Source: an uncultured Actinomycetota bacterium
GTDB taxonomy: Bacteria; Actinomycetota; Actinomycetes; Mycobacteriales; Mycobacteriaceae
Reading direction: 5' to 3'
Length of the DNA stretch: 32,000 bases
Assembly (NCBI GenBank): GCA_963850135.1
Contig: CAWKKH010000016.1
Span: 147,989 to 179,988, forward strand
Part shown: piece by piece, positions 1-12,806 of the stretch
Layout of the letters: every line of letters begins with the position of its first letter
Numbering within the stretch: the first letter of the stretch is position 1
Program-made: the position numbers and the translations under genes
The notes under the pieces: model-generated
Told to the model about the DNA's origin: nothing
The model's input: only the letters and a program-made list of their open reading frames with translations
Databases searched by the model: none

Positions 1-323
1 ACGAGCTGGTCGCCCGCAAAGCCAAGGACAACCGCGACGACGTCGCGATCGTGCGCCTCGAGCAGCTCGCCCCGCTGCCGCGCGGCCGGCTGCGCGAAAC
101 GCTGGAACGCTACGACAACGTCGAGGAGTTCTTCTGGGTTCAGGAGGAGCCGGCGAACCAGGGCGCGTGGCCGTCGATGGGCCTGACGCTGCCTGAGCTG
201 ATGCCTGATCTGCTGAGCGGGATCAAGCGGATATCGCGCCGCGCGATGTCGGCCCCGTCGTCTGGTTCGTCCAAGGTGCACGCCGTCGAGCAGCAGGAAA
301 TCCTCGACACAGCCTTCGGCTGA
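1..323 (+). CDS. kgd: 2-oxoglutarate decarboxylase/dehydrogenase E1 component (Kgd/SucA), C-terminal ~106 codons only; 5' end lies outside the window
   Basis: The frame is open from nt 3 to the TGA at 321-323; the track's 'M' at 51 is an internal GTG. The tail ...[13 protein letters not shown]...[14 protein letters not shown]...[16 protein letters not shown] looks like the conserved E1o C-terminus. Its position upstream of the Rv1245c-like SDR fits mycobacterial synteny. Confidence 0.85.
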   Translation, partial: ELVARKAKDNRDDVAIVRLEQLAPLPRGRLRETLERYDNVEEFFWVQEEPANQGAWPSMGLTLPELMPDLLSGIKRISRRAMSAPSSGSSKVHAVEQQEILDTAFG

Positions 324-462
324 GCCCACCCTCCAGTAACCAGAACCGCCGGTACCGGCTAACCTCGATAAGGGGCGTAATCGGCCGAACGTCGACTTGT
401 CGGGGTGAATCCCCTGATGTCGGCCCAACAACTCGACGTTCGCAGGCGTTAGGAGGGTGCTC

Positions 463-1293
463 ATGGAGGGGTTCGCCGGCAAGGTCGCCGTGGTGACCGG
501 CGCGGGTTCGGGTATCGGGCAGGCACTGGCCCTTGAGCTGGGCCGATCCGGTGCCAAGGTTGCGATCAGCGACGTCGACGTCGAGGGACTGGCGCAAACC
601 GAGGCACAGCTGAAGGCGATCGGTGCGGAAGTCAAGGCCGACCGGCTCGATGTGACCGAACGCGAGGCGTTCCTGGCCTACGCCGACGCGGTTGCCGAGC
701 ACTTCGGCAAGGTGAACCAGGTCTACAACAACGCCGGCATCGCCTTCAGCGGCGACGTCGAGGTCAGCCAGTTCAAGGACATCGAACGGGTGATGGACGT
801 CGACTTCTGGGGCGTCGTGAACGGCACCAAGGCGTTCCTGCCGCACCTGATCGCGTCGGGCGACGGTCACATCATCAACGTATCCAGCCTGTTTGGGCTG
901 ATGGCGGTGCCGGGGCAGGCGGCCTACAACTCGGCCAAGTTCGCGGTCCGTGGCTTCACCGAGGCGCTGCGACAGGAGATGGTGCTGGCTGGCCATCCGG
1001 TGGGTGTGACCACGGTGCATCCTGGCGGGATCAAGACGGCGATCATGCGCAACTCCACGGTCGCCGAGGGGCTCGACCAGGAGAAAATGGCCAAAATGTT
1101 CGACAAGCGGCTGGCCCGCACCACCCCGAAGCGAGCTGCCGAGATCATTCTGGAAGCCGTGCGCAAGAACAAGGCTCGGGTGCTGGTCGGCGCCGACGCC
1201 AAGGCATTAGACATGCTCGTTCGGTTGACGGGGTCCGGCTATCAGCGGATCGTCGGACTCTCCGTAGGCCGCGTCATGCCGCGCAAAAGCTGA
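463..1293 (+). CDS. short-chain dehydrogenase/reductase (Rv1245c-like)
   Basis: Rossmann motif VTGAGSGIGQA, NNAG, and catalytic Y-x3-K (YNSAKFAV). AGGAGG at 451-456 lies 6 nt upstream of ATG 463, giving 276 aa. The track's GTG at 457 abuts that SD (no spacer), so it is less likely. Confidence 0.9.
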   Translation: MEGFAGKVAVVTGAGSGIGQALALELGRSGAKVAISDVDVEGLAQTEAQLKAIGAEVKADRLDVTEREAFLAYADAVAEHFGKVNQVYNNAGIAFSGDVEVSQFKDIERVMDVDFWGVVNGTKAFLPHLIASGDGHIINVSSLFGLMAVPGQAAYNSAKFAVRGFTEALRQEMVLAGHPVGVTTVHPGGIKTAIMRNSTVAEGLDQEKMAKMFDKRLARTTPKRAAEIILEAVRKNKARVLVGADAKALDMLVRLTGSGYQRIVGLSVGRVMPRKS

Positions 1294-1297
1294 AGGC

Positions 1298-2158
1298 TCA
1301 ACGCCCCAACGGGTGCTCGGCCAGCCAGCCGCCAGCGACCGCCTGCGGGTCGGCTCCCCCGGCCACTTGGCGGCGCATATCGGCCAGCGCCGCGGTATCG
1401 AGCACCCCGGCCACCTCATTGATCGCCAGCAATTGCCGATCGTTCAACGCGTTGCGGCGATACAGCGGCACCAGGTTCTCGCCTTGGATTAATGCGGGTT
1501 TGCCGTCGGCCAGCGCAACCAGGTCACCTGGAATGCCGGGGTTGGCAGTGGTGGTCCATGCGGCGGTTAGCTGGCCGGCCCGCAGTGCGGCGAAAAGCTG
1601 GGTCTCAGATGGAAATTCGCGGGGTGTGGGTAGCCGGCAGGATCCCACCACCGACGGCGCTAGAAATCCCGCGACGATCCCGACGGCCAGTCCGTCGCAG
1701 TGTTTCGGCAGCGCGCTCAGGTCATTACCGCCCCAGGCATCGGCGGTTGCCCTGGTCACCGCCGGCACGGGTTTGTCCTCAGCGGAGATGGCGTAGTCGC
1801 CTGCTGCAACGCCCTCCGGCAGCGCCGAGACCATCGTGCGGTACACCTGTGCATCGGACAGCGCCGACGCGCCAGGATCCAACGTCTGCAACACCCGCCC
1901 GGTGAAGGCGGGGACGACGGTGAAGTCGCCCGAGTCCAACTTTGCCATCGGGTCGACGGCGGTTCCGGTCCGGGCGCCGAAGCCGTACGAGCGCAGCGCG
2001 GCGAGGTAAAGGGCGGCCAGGAGCGTCGACCCGGCGTCAGGCGCGGACCCGACCACTACTTCGGGTGCAGCGTGTTGCCCGGCGGCTTCGCTCGCGCAGC
2101 CCGCCATCAGCGTTGTAACGAGCCCCGCCGCCAGCAGCAGCGCGGCCAGCCTTCTCAC
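1298..2158 (-). CDS. lpqZ: lipoprotein LpqZ-like, OpuAC/glycine-betaine-type substrate-binding fold
   Basis: 286 aa with a signal peptide and lipobox (LMAGC). The GTG start at 2158 overlaps the TGA of the upstream malic-enzyme gene (GTGA). The gene is convergent with the SDR (4-nt gap). Confidence 0.8.
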   Translation of the reverse strand: MRRLAALLLAAGLVTTLMAGCASEAAGQHAAPEVVVGSAPDAGSTLLAALYLAALRSYGFGARTGTAVDPMAKLDSGDFTVVPAFTGRVLQTLDPGASALSDAQVYRTMVSALPEGVAAGDYAISAEDKPVPAVTRATADAWGGNDLSALPKHCDGLAVGIVAGFLAPSVVGSCRLPTPREFPSETQLFAALRAGQLTAAWTTTANPGIPGDLVALADGKPALIQGENLVPLYRRNALNDRQLLAINEVAGVLDTAALADMRRQVAGGADPQAVAGGWLAEHPLGR

Positions 2159-3330
2159 ACGGAAGTGTCGGCCGCGAGAGCCACCGCTTTGGCTACCGCT
2201 TCCCCGACGCGAGGGTCCAATGGACTCGGAACAATACGGTCGAGCGCGAGGTCCGCGCTGGCGACGGAGAAAATTGCCTCGGCCGCCGCGATCCTCATCT
2301 TTTCGGTGATCTGACGCGCTCCGGCATCCAGCGCGCCACGGAAAATCCCTGGGAATGCGAGCACATTGTTGATTTGGTTCGGAAAGTCACTGCGGCCGGT
2401 TGCCACTACCGCCGCATACTTGGCCGCCACGTTGGGATGTATCTCCGGGTCCGGATTGGACAGCGCGAACACGATCCCGTCGGGCGCCATCGTGGCGATC
2501 AACTCCTCGGGGACCACTCCCCCCGACACCCCGAGGAACACGTCGGCTCCGTTGAGCGCCTCCACCAGGCCGCCCGACAAACCGTCGGGATTGGTACGCC
2601 GCGCCAGGTCGGCCTTGACATGGTTCATGTCGTCGCGCCCGGTGTGCAGAATGCCCCGGGAGTCGAGCACGGTGATATCCGAAACCCCCATGCTGAGAAG
2701 AAGATTCGTGCAGGCCACACCCGCGGCGCCGGCACCGGACACCACCACTCGCAGAGACGGCATGTCCCGACCGAGCAATTTGGTCGCGCCGAACATCGCC
2801 GCCAGCACCACGACCGCCGTTCCGTGCTGGTCGTCGTGCATCACCGGGCAATCCAGTGCCTCGACGACTCGTTGTTCGATCTCGAAGCAGCGCGGAGCGG
2901 AGATGTCCTCGAGGTTGACAGCGCCGAATGTCGGGCGCAGCCGCACCAGGGTTTCCACGATCTGGTCGGGGTCCTTGGTATCCAGCACGAGCGGGATCGC
3001 ATCGAGGCCGCCGAACTCTTTGAACAGGGCGCACTTGCCCTCCATCACCGGCAGTGACGCCGCCGGTCCGATGTCGCCCAAACCGAGCACCGCGCTGCCG
3101 TCGCTGACGACCGCAACTAGCCGGTTGGCCCAGGTGTAGCGGGCGGCCAGGGTGTGATCGGCGGCGATCGCGCGACTCACCTGCGCCACGCCGGGGGTGT
3201 AGGCGATGGACAACGAGCGCTGGGTGTCCAGCGGCGCTGTCATACCTACAGATAGCTTGCCGCCTACGTGCGCCTCGAAGATCTCCTCGTCGGTGATGAC
3301 GACGTGCGAGCTTTCAAGTTTTTCGGGCAC
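2155..3330 (-). CDS. NAD(P)-dependent malic enzyme, short (~390 aa) form
   Basis: 391 aa with malic-enzyme signatures SIAYTPGVA, VVSDGSAVLGLGDIGP, HDDQHGTA and the dinucleotide-binding VVSGAGAAG. Confidence 0.85.
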   Translation of the reverse strand: MPEKLESSHVVITDEEIFEAHVGGKLSVGMTAPLDTQRSLSIAYTPGVAQVSRAIAADHTLAARYTWANRLVAVVSDGSAVLGLGDIGPAASLPVMEGKCALFKEFGGLDAIPLVLDTKDPDQIVETLVRLRPTFGAVNLEDISAPRCFEIEQRVVEALDCPVMHDDQHGTAVVVLAAMFGATKLLGRDMPSLRVVVSGAGAAGVACTNLLLSMGVSDITVLDSRGILHTGRDDMNHVKADLARRTNPDGLSGGLVEALNGADVFLGVSGGVVPEELIATMAPDGIVFALSNPDPEIHPNVAAKYAAVVATGRSDFPNQINNVLAFPGIFRGALDAGARQITEKMRIAAAEAIFSVASADLALDRIVPSPLDPRVGEAVAKAVALAADTSV

Positions 3331-3371
3331 GGGCCCAGGCTACTGACTACTGATTAGTAGGGCTAATTCGG

Positions 3372-4361
3372 TCAGATCAGCTTCAGCTCGGTGACGGCGT
3401 CGCGCTCCTCGGCAAGCTCGGCGGTCGATTTGTCGATACGGGCGCGGGAGAACTTGTCGATCTCCAGGCCCTGGACGATCGACCAGTTGCCGTCCTTGGT
3501 GGTTACCGGAAATGACGAGATGAGGCCCTCCGGGACGCCGTACGAGCCGTCGGAAACGACTGCCATCGAGACCCAGTTGCCCGCTGGGCTACCGAGCAGC
3601 CAATCGCGGGCCGCGTCGGTAGTTGCAGACGCGGCCGAGGCGGCCGACGAGGCGCCGCGCGCATCAATGATCGCCGCGCCGCGCTTGGCGACCGTCGGGA
3701 TGAAGTCGTTCTCGATCCAGGACTGGTCGTTGACGACCTCGGCGGCGTTCTTGCCCTTGATCTCAGCGTGGAAGATGTCGGGGTACTGGGTGGCCGAGTG
3801 GTTGCCCCAGATCGTGACCTTCTTGATGTCGGTGACCGCGGCGCCGGTCTTCTTGGCCAGCTGCGAGATGGCCCGGTTGTGGTCGAGCCGGGTCAGCGCG
3901 GAGAACCGATCCTTTGGGATGTCGGGGGCGTTGGACGACGCGATCAGCGCGTTGGTGTTGGCCGGGTTGCCGGTCACGCCCACCCGGACGTCGTCGGCGG
4001 CGACGGAGTTGAGGGCCTTGCCCTGGGCGGTGAAGATGGCGCCGTTGGCCTCCAGCAGGTCACCGCGCTCCATGCCCGGGCCGCGCGGTCGGGCGCCGAC
4101 CAACAGGGCCAGGTTCACCCCGTCGAAGATCTTGTTCGGGTCCGCCCCGATCTTGACGTCCGCCAGCAGCGGAAACGCGCAGTCATCGAGTTCCATCACG
4201 ACGCCCTCGAGCGCCTTGAGCGCGGGCTCGATCTCGAGCAGTCGCAGCTCGATTGGGCGGTCGGGTCCCAGCAGCGAGCCACTCGCCAGACGGAACAACA
4301 GGCTGTAGCCGATCTGGCCTGCCGCGCCGGTGACCGCGACCTTCAGAGGACTTGCACTCAC
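3372..4361 (-). CDS. mdh: malate dehydrogenase
   Basis: 329 aa with N-terminal [22 protein letters not shown] and IWGNHS. GTG start with AAGGAG 9 nt upstream. Confidence 0.95.
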   Translation of the reverse strand: MSASPLKVAVTGAAGQIGYSLLFRLASGSLLGPDRPIELRLLEIEPALKALEGVVMELDDCAFPLLADVKIGADPNKIFDGVNLALLVGARPRGPGMERGDLLEANGAIFTAQGKALNSVAADDVRVGVTGNPANTNALIASSNAPDIPKDRFSALTRLDHNRAISQLAKKTGAAVTDIKKVTIWGNHSATQYPDIFHAEIKGKNAAEVVNDQSWIENDFIPTVAKRGAAIIDARGASSAASAASATTDAARDWLLGSPAGNWVSMAVVSDGSYGVPEGLISSFPVTTKDGNWSIVQGLEIDKFSRARIDKSTAELAEERDAVTELKLI

Positions 4362-4602
4362 TTCGGTTTACTCCTTTGGTGGAACTTCGGTCTGCGATGA
4401 AACCCTGTCGAAACTAGCGCACCCCGGCCAGCCGAAACCCGGCGGTCCAACACCAGGGGTTATTTCTCCGGGGTTCCTGCGGACTCCGCACCGCAACCCT
4501 GCTTTGCCCACTGGGCGACCCCGACGTTTCATGTCTCGTTTTGGCTGGACGCGTAGCATGTAGCACCGCTGGGTAAGACCTGCGCTGGGATGGGAGGTTG
4601 AG

Positions 4603-5712
4603 GTGTTCCAGGGGTTTGATGCACTGCCGGAACCGCTCAGGACGCTCGCGCCGCCACGGCACGAACACCACGATCATCATCCGGTGCACCAGCCGGACCA
4701 TTCTGCACCGCTGGTTGACTGCGGCATCTACGTCGACGGCCACCGACTGTCCGGCAAGTACAGCTATGCCGCCGCGCTGAGCAAGGTGCACGAGATCGAA
4801 GCGATGGGCCACCAGGCATTCGTCTGGATCGGCCTGCACGAGCCCGATGAAGGCGAGATGCAAGACGTCGCTGACGTTTTCGGGCTGCACCCGCTGGCCG
4901 TCGAGGACGCCGTGCTTGCCCATCAGCGGCCCAAGCTGGAGAGATATGACGACACACTGTTTCTTGTCCTGAAGACAGTCAATTACGTCCCACACGAATC
5001 GGTGGTACTGGCCCGCGAGATCGTCGAAACAGGCGAGGTGATGATCTTCGTTGGCAAGGATTTCGTGGTCACGGTCCGCCATGGCGAGCATGGCGGATTG
5101 TCCGAGGTACGCAAGCGCATGGACGCCGATCCCGACCAGCTGCGGCTGGGTCCGTACGCGGTGATGCACGCCATCGCCGACTACGTCGTGGATCACTACG
5201 TCGAAGTGACACGGCTGATGGAATGCGATATCGATGCCATCGAGGAAGTGGCGTTCTCCCCGGGTCGCACGCTCGATGTCGAACCGATCTACCTGCTCAA
5301 ACGCGAGGTCGTCGAACTGCGCCGGTGTGTGACCCCGCTGTCCCAGGCGTTCCTGCGACTGCAGACCGAGAATCGGGACCTGATTTCGAAAGAGGTGCGC
5401 CGCTATTTGCGGGACGTCGGCGACCACCAGACGGCGGCTGCCGACCAGATCAGCAGCTACGACGACATGCTGAACTCGCTGGTGCAGGCCGCGCTGGCCC
5501 GGGTCGGCATGCAGCAGAACTCCGACATGCGCAAGATATCGGCGTGGGCGGGCATCGTGGCGGTGCCCACGATGATCGCCGGCATCTATGGCATGAACTT
5601 CGAGTTCATGCCAGAGCTGAAGTGGCACTGGAGCTACCCGATCGTGATCTCCGTCATGATCGTCGTCTGCCTGTTTCTGTACCGCAACTTCCGAAACAAC
5701 AACTGGCTGTAG
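4603..5712 (+). CDS. corA: CorA-family Mg2+/Co2+ transporter
   Basis: 369 aa with the GMN motif (IYGMNFEFMP) between two C-terminal TM helices. GTG start with GGGAGG 5 nt upstream. Confidence 0.93.
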   Translation: MFQGFDALPEPLRTLAPPRHEHHDHHPVHQPDHSAPLVDCGIYVDGHRLSGKYSYAAALSKVHEIEAMGHQAFVWIGLHEPDEGEMQDVADVFGLHPLAVEDAVLAHQRPKLERYDDTLFLVLKTVNYVPHESVVLAREIVETGEVMIFVGKDFVVTVRHGEHGGLSEVRKRMDADPDQLRLGPYAVMHAIADYVVDHYVEVTRLMECDIDAIEEVAFSPGRTLDVEPIYLLKREVVELRRCVTPLSQAFLRLQTENRDLISKEVRRYLRDVGDHQTAAADQISSYDDMLNSLVQAALARVGMQQNSDMRKISAWAGIVAVPTMIAGIYGMNFEFMPELKWHWSYPIVISVMIVVCLFLYRNFRNNNWL

Positions 5713-5730
5713 CGCGCGACCGACTCCGGC

Positions 5731-5788
5731 CGAGCAGTCGCAAAAGCGCCCAATTCGTCGGCGTGTCGGGGGATTTTGTGTCTGCTCG
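5731..5788. repeat. imperfect palindromic intergenic element, a diverged copy of the 26150-26202 hairpin; candidate bidirectional terminator
   Basis: CGAGCAGTCGCAAAAGCGCCCA ... GGGGGATTTTGTGTCTGCTCG lies between the convergent stops of corA (5712) and the SUFU-like gene (5793). It shares the outer CGAGCAG/CTGCTCG clamps, the A4/T4 core and the inner GCCC/GGG with the other copy, but has about 4 mismatches and one G-U pair. Confidence 0.5.
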
Positions 5789-5792
5789 CGAA

Positions 5793-6404
5793 CTAACGGG
5801 GTTGGGCTGCGCGGCGATTCGGATCCAGCACGTCGACGCCGTCGTTCTGCCAGGCCTGCCGCATCGCCTCGGCGCCTTTGAGTCGCACCCACGCCGCCTC
5901 GGTGGCGGTGATGGGGGTCGCCTCGAGAAAGCTGACCGGATCGCGTGGCGGTTCCAGCGCAAAATCGGGGATATCGCTGCGGCCCAACAACACCGCGGTG
6001 AACGGTGCCCGCCCCGACGGTCGTTCCCACAGCGGCGCGCCGAGGTCGATCAGTGCGTCGGCGACCAGCACCACACCGTCGACGGCCGGTGCCGCTGCCA
6101 GTATCGCCACGCTGCGCGCCAACCCGGTGAGCGGCCCCGGATCTCGCAGGCGCAGCACGACTTCAGCGCGCGGGCCGCACTCCTGGTCGACGAAGACCTG
6201 CGTCGGATCGGCCATCGGATGCCGCGAGCACCCCAGCGACACGTAATGCACCAGTCCGTCTTCCCCGCGGCGAAATCGGAGCACCTCGATGGGCTGAGTG
6301 CCCAGGAACGTCACGCTGGCGGAATCGGGCTCGGCTTGAAGCCCTGCACCCTGAGCGAAATGGCCCCGCAGGTGTCCGCGTACCTGATCCAAAGCTTGTG
6401 TCAC
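5793..6404 (-). CDS. conserved hypothetical protein, probable suppressor-of-fused (SUFU)-like domain
   Basis: 203 aa. GTG 6404 overlaps the sugC TGA (GTGA), so it is translationally coupled as the last gene of the lpqY-sugABC operon. The SUFU-like assignment is by eye only (C-terminal ...[25 protein letters not shown]...DVLDPNRR). Confidence 0.6.
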   Translation of the reverse strand: MTQALDQVRGHLRGHFAQGAGLQAEPDSASVTFLGTQPIEVLRFRRGEDGLVHYVSLGCSRHPMADPTQVFVDQECGPRAEVVLRLRDPGPLTGLARSVAILAAAPAVDGVVLVADALIDLGAPLWERPSGRAPFTAVLLGRSDIPDFALEPPRDPVSFLEATPITATEAAWVRLKGAEAMRQAWQNDGVDVLDPNRRAAQPR

Positions 6405-7582
6405 TCGACTGTGAGTGTCGCGGGAATGGCGAGGTTCACTCCGGAGTCGGCGTCAAAAATCGCGAGTTTGGTTGTTTCGCAAGCCAACTCGATCGGCTGC
6501 CCGATGGCCGCCTTGGACTCAGCGGGGACCCTCGCCACAAATTGATTTGCCGACAATTCGGACTCGGCGACGAGCTCGTCCAACTGGGCCGAATGCACGC
6601 CGGAACTCGCGGTGGTGAAGTAGACGTATTTGTCGGCTCCCAGCGATTCGACCAGATCGACCTTCGCCGTGAAGCCCAGCGCAGTGATGCGCTGATACCC
6701 GTCGATCAGCGCGGCATCGGCCAGATGCTCGGGGCGCGCCCCGACGATGACGTTGTCCGGCTTCGGGTGTGTCGCGATTGCCGCCTGGACTTCCGGCGGC
6801 AGCAGCACCTCTCCGAACGGCAGCGTCAGCCCGCTCGGCGTGAGCGTGGCGGGGAAGAAATTCATCGCCGGCGAACCGATGAAGCCGGCGACAAAGAGAT
6901 TGGCGGGACGCTCATAAAGTTCGTCGGGCGTGGCGATCTGCTGCGCAACGCCGCCGTGCATCACCACCACGCGGTCGCCCAGCGTCATGGCCTCCGTCTG
7001 GTCATGGGTGACGTAAACCGTTGTGGTGCCCAGCCTCTTCTGCAGCCGGGCGATCTCGCCGCGCATCTGCACCCGCAGTTTGGCGTCCAGGTTGGACAGC
7101 GGCTCGTCCATCAAGAATGCCTTGGGATGGCGCACGATCGCCCGACCCATCGCGACGCGTTGTCGCTGCCCACCGGACAACTGGGAGGGCTTGCGGTCCA
7201 GAAGCTCAATCAGACCCAGGGTTTCGGCCGTCTCCGCGACCTTCTGGGCGATGTCTGCCTTCTTCATCTTCGCCAGTGTCAGCGGGAACGCGATATTCTG
7301 CCGCACCGTCATATGCGGGTACAGCGCATAGGACTGGAAGACCATCGCGATGTCGCGGTCTTTGGGCGGCTTCTCGTTCACCCGTTCGCCGCCGATGCGC
7401 AGCTCGCCCGACGAAATATCCTCAAGCCCGGCAATCATGTTCAGCGTCGTGGTCTTACCGCATCCGGATGGCCCGACCAGGATCAGGAATTCGCCGTCGG
7501 CGATGGTGATGTTCAGGTCCTTCACCGCCGTCGCACCGTCGGGATAACTCTTATTGACGTGCTCCAGCACGATCTCGGCCAT
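6401..7582 (-). CDS. sugC: trehalose/sugar ABC importer ATPase (MalK-type)
   Basis: 393 aa with Walker [10 protein letters not shown], signature LSGGQRQRV, Walker [12 protein letters not shown], and a MalK-like C-terminal regulatory domain. Operon context with sugA/sugB/lpqY. Confidence 0.93.
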   Translation of the reverse strand: MAEIVLEHVNKSYPDGATAVKDLNITIADGEFLILVGPSGCGKTTTLNMIAGLEDISSGELRIGGERVNEKPPKDRDIAMVFQSYALYPHMTVRQNIAFPLTLAKMKKADIAQKVAETAETLGLIELLDRKPSQLSGGQRQRVAMGRAIVRHPKAFLMDEPLSNLDAKLRVQMRGEIARLQKRLGTTTVYVTHDQTEAMTLGDRVVVMHGGVAQQIATPDELYERPANLFVAGFIGSPAMNFFPATLTPSGLTLPFGEVLLPPEVQAAIATHPKPDNVIVGARPEHLADAALIDGYQRITALGFTAKVDLVESLGADKYVYFTTASSGVHSAQLDELVAESELSANQFVARVPAESKAAIGQPIELACETTKLAIFDADSGVNLAIPATLTVE

Positions 7583-7586
7583 TGCG

Positions 7587-8427
7587 CTATCCCTTCACAG
7601 CGCCAGAGGTCAACCCGGCGACAATTCGTCGTTGGAAGATTAGAACAAAGGCGATGATCGGAATCGTAATCACGATCGCACCGGCCGCGATCGACCCGGT
7701 CGGCTCCTCGAATTGGGAACTGCCGGTGAAGTTGGCGATTGCCACCGGCGCGGTGATCGCGGCCTGGGTGGCCGTCAGCGACAGCGCGAGCAACAGGTCG
7801 TTCCAGGCGAAAATGAACACCAGGATCGCGGCAGTCACCAATCCCGGGGCGGCCAGCGGGACGATCACCCGGCGGAAAGCCTGTCCGGGTGTGGCCCCGT
7901 CCATCTTGGCGGCCTTCTCCAAATCCCATGGGATCTCCCGGAAGAACGCCGACAACGTGTAGATGGCCAATGGCAACGCGAACGTGATGTAGGGCAGGAT
8001 CAGGCCGGGCCAGGTGTCGAACAGGCCGATGGCGCGCTCGATGTTGAACAACGGTGTGACGAGCGAGATCGCCGGAAACATGGTGATCAGCAGGGTGGCG
8101 CCGACGAGCAGTCGCTTGCCGGGGAAATTCAGCCGGGCAATCGCATAGGCCGCCATCGCGCCGAGCACCACCGCGATCGCGGTGCTGGTCAGTCCGATTC
8201 CGATGGAGTTGATCAGCGCCGATGTGAAGAAGTCGCCGCGAAAGATGCCGCGGTAGTTGTCGAAGGTCACGGTCGTCGGAATCAACCGGCCGTCCCGGAC
8301 CGTTGACGTCGGCTTGAGGGAGAGGCTGAGGATCCACAGCACCGGAAGCAGCGCGTACACCACCACCAACGCGTCGATGACGACCCAAAATGTTGCCCGG
8401 CGCGCACCAACCAGTGCGCCGCGCTTG

Positions 8428-8450
<23 letters not shown>
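7587..8450 (-). CDS. sugB: trehalose ABC importer permease
   Basis: MalG-type permease with EAA loop [26 protein letters not shown]. The start is ambiguous: GTG 8450 or ATG 8438. Either overlaps the sugA 3' end. Confidence 0.9.
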
Positions 8451-11316
<2,866 letters not shown>

Positions 11317-11498
11317 CGCTGCTCATTGTGCTCCGCCTTGGCTTTTCTTTCATCCCCAGGTTCATCTCGAGGTTCACCCAGCCCTTCCACCCTATCCAGG
11401 CGACCTCCAGGCAACCTGCAAGCAAACACGACGCAGTCGCGACGATGGAAACGGCGCGGCCGCTGCCATCTGCGGAGTCGCTGCCTAGGCTCTCATCC

Positions 11499-12806
11499 AT
11501 GGGATCGGTCGACAGGGTTTACGTGGCGCGGCTCGCGCGGATGTTGGTTCTGGGTCCGCTCGGCGAATCGTTCGGGCGCGTCCGCGATGTCGTGATCAGC
11601 CTCAGCATCGTCCGCCAACAGCCGCGCGTTCTGGGGCTGGTTGTCGATCTGGCCACCCGGCGCAGCGTTTTCATCCCGATCCTCAGGATCTCCTCGATCG
11701 AGCCCAACGCGGTCACGCTCAACACGGGCAGTGTTTCTCTGAGCCAATTCGAGCAGCGGGTGGGAGAGGTGCTGGCTATCGGTCAGGTGCTCGACACCCC
11801 GGTTCAGGTCAACGATCCTGAGCTGCCAGAGATGGCCGGCCATGACGTCGCAATCACCGACTTGGGAATCGAGCAGAGCCGAACCCGCGATTGGCTGGTG
11901 ACCACTGTCGCGGTACGCAGCCAGCGACGGCTGGGACGGCGCGGCCCGGTGCACGTGGTCGACTGGCAAAACGTGCAGGGTTTGACGCCGTCAGCCTTGT
12001 CGATGCCAGGCCAGGCGGTGGCACAACTGCTGCATCAGTTCGAGGGACGCCGCGCCGTCGACGTAGCGGACGCCATCCGCGGGCTGCCGCCAAAGCGGCA
12101 GTACGACGTGTTCAAGGCCCTCGGCGATGAACGGCTGGCCGACGTTCTGCAAGAGTTGCCCGAGTCGCAGCAGGCCGATGTGTTGTCACAGCTGGGCACC
12201 GAACGCGCGGCCGATGTGCTCGAGGAGATGGATCCTGACGACGCCGCCGACGTGCTCGGCATGATGAACCCGACCGATGCCGAGATGTTGCTGACCCGGA
12301 TGGACCCCGGGGAGTCGGCACCGGTGCGACGGTTACTGAAACACTCCCCCGACACCGCGGGCGGGTTGATGACTTCCGATCCCATCGTGCTGACCGGCGA
12401 CACCACAGTGGCCGAGGCCCTGGCCCGGGTCCGGGATCCCGATCTCATCACCGCACTGTCGTCAATGGTGTTCGTGACCCAACCACCGACAGCGACGCCC
12501 ACCGGGCTCTACCTGGGCTGTGTGCACTTGCAACGGCTGCTTCGTGAACCGCCCAGCAGCTCGATCGGCGGAATCACCGACACCGACCTGCTGGCCCTGA
12601 CCCCAGAGACCCCGCTTGCCACGGTGACCCGCTACTTCGCGGCGTACAACCTGGTCTGCGGGCCGGTTGTCGACGACGAGAACCACCTATTGGGCGCCGT
12701 AACCGTGGACGATCTGCTGGATCACCTGCTGCCGCACGACTGGCGTGCGGATGTGCAGGAGCTAGACACCGTCCGCCGCCTCGATGGAACCGGAGCATCC
12801 GCGTGA
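11499..12806 (+). CDS. cytoplasmic MgtE-N-terminal-domain + CBS-pair protein (Rv1232c-like), with no transmembrane domain
   Basis: ATG 11499 gives 435 aa. It has an acidic helical repeat typical of MgtE_N (DVLQELPESQQADVLSQLGTERAADVLEEMDPDDAADVLGMM) followed by a CBS-like region. The 57 codons upstream in the track look non-coding. Confidence 0.8.
   Translation: MGSVDRVYVARLARMLVLGPLGESFGRVRDVVISLSIVRQQPRVLGLVVDLATRRSVFIPILRISSIEPNAVTLNTGSVSLSQFEQRVGEVLAIGQVLDTPVQVNDPELPEMAGHDVAITDLGIEQSRTRDWLVTTVAVRSQRRLGRRGPVHVVDWQNVQGLTPSALSMPGQAVAQLLHQFEGRRAVDVADAIRGLPPKRQYDVFKALGDERLADVLQELPESQQADVLSQLGTERAADVLEEMDPDDAADVLGMMNPTDAEMLLTRMDPGESAPVRRLLKHSPDTAGGLMTSDPIVLTGDTTVAEALARVRDPDLITALSSMVFVTQPPTATPTGLYLGCVHLQRLLREPPSSSIGGITDTDLLALTPETPLATVTRYFAAYNLVCGPVVDDENHLLGAVTVDDLLDHLLPHDWRADVQELDTVRRLDGTGASA

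Noticed and set aside
348-359. Perfect 12-bp palindrome GCCGGTACCGGC just after the kgd stop
   Set aside because: It is a loop-less palindrome that is too short for a terminator, it has no U-tract, and such GC palindromes are expected by chance at this composition.
4362-4602. Possible Mg2+ (M-box) riboswitch in the 241-bp mdh/corA divergent region
   Set aside because: I cannot recognise any conserved M-box helices or motifs by eye. The region is adequately explained as two divergent promoters. A covariance-model scan would be needed to support such a claim.
4414-6030. 538-aa ORF on the minus strand, the second-longest minus-strand ORF in the track
   Set aside because: It is antisense to corA (which has a GMN motif and TM helices) and runs across the intergenic hairpin into the SUFU-like gene. 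Its composition is Arg/Gly/His/Val-rich with no motifs, typical of stop-poor antisense frames at high GC.
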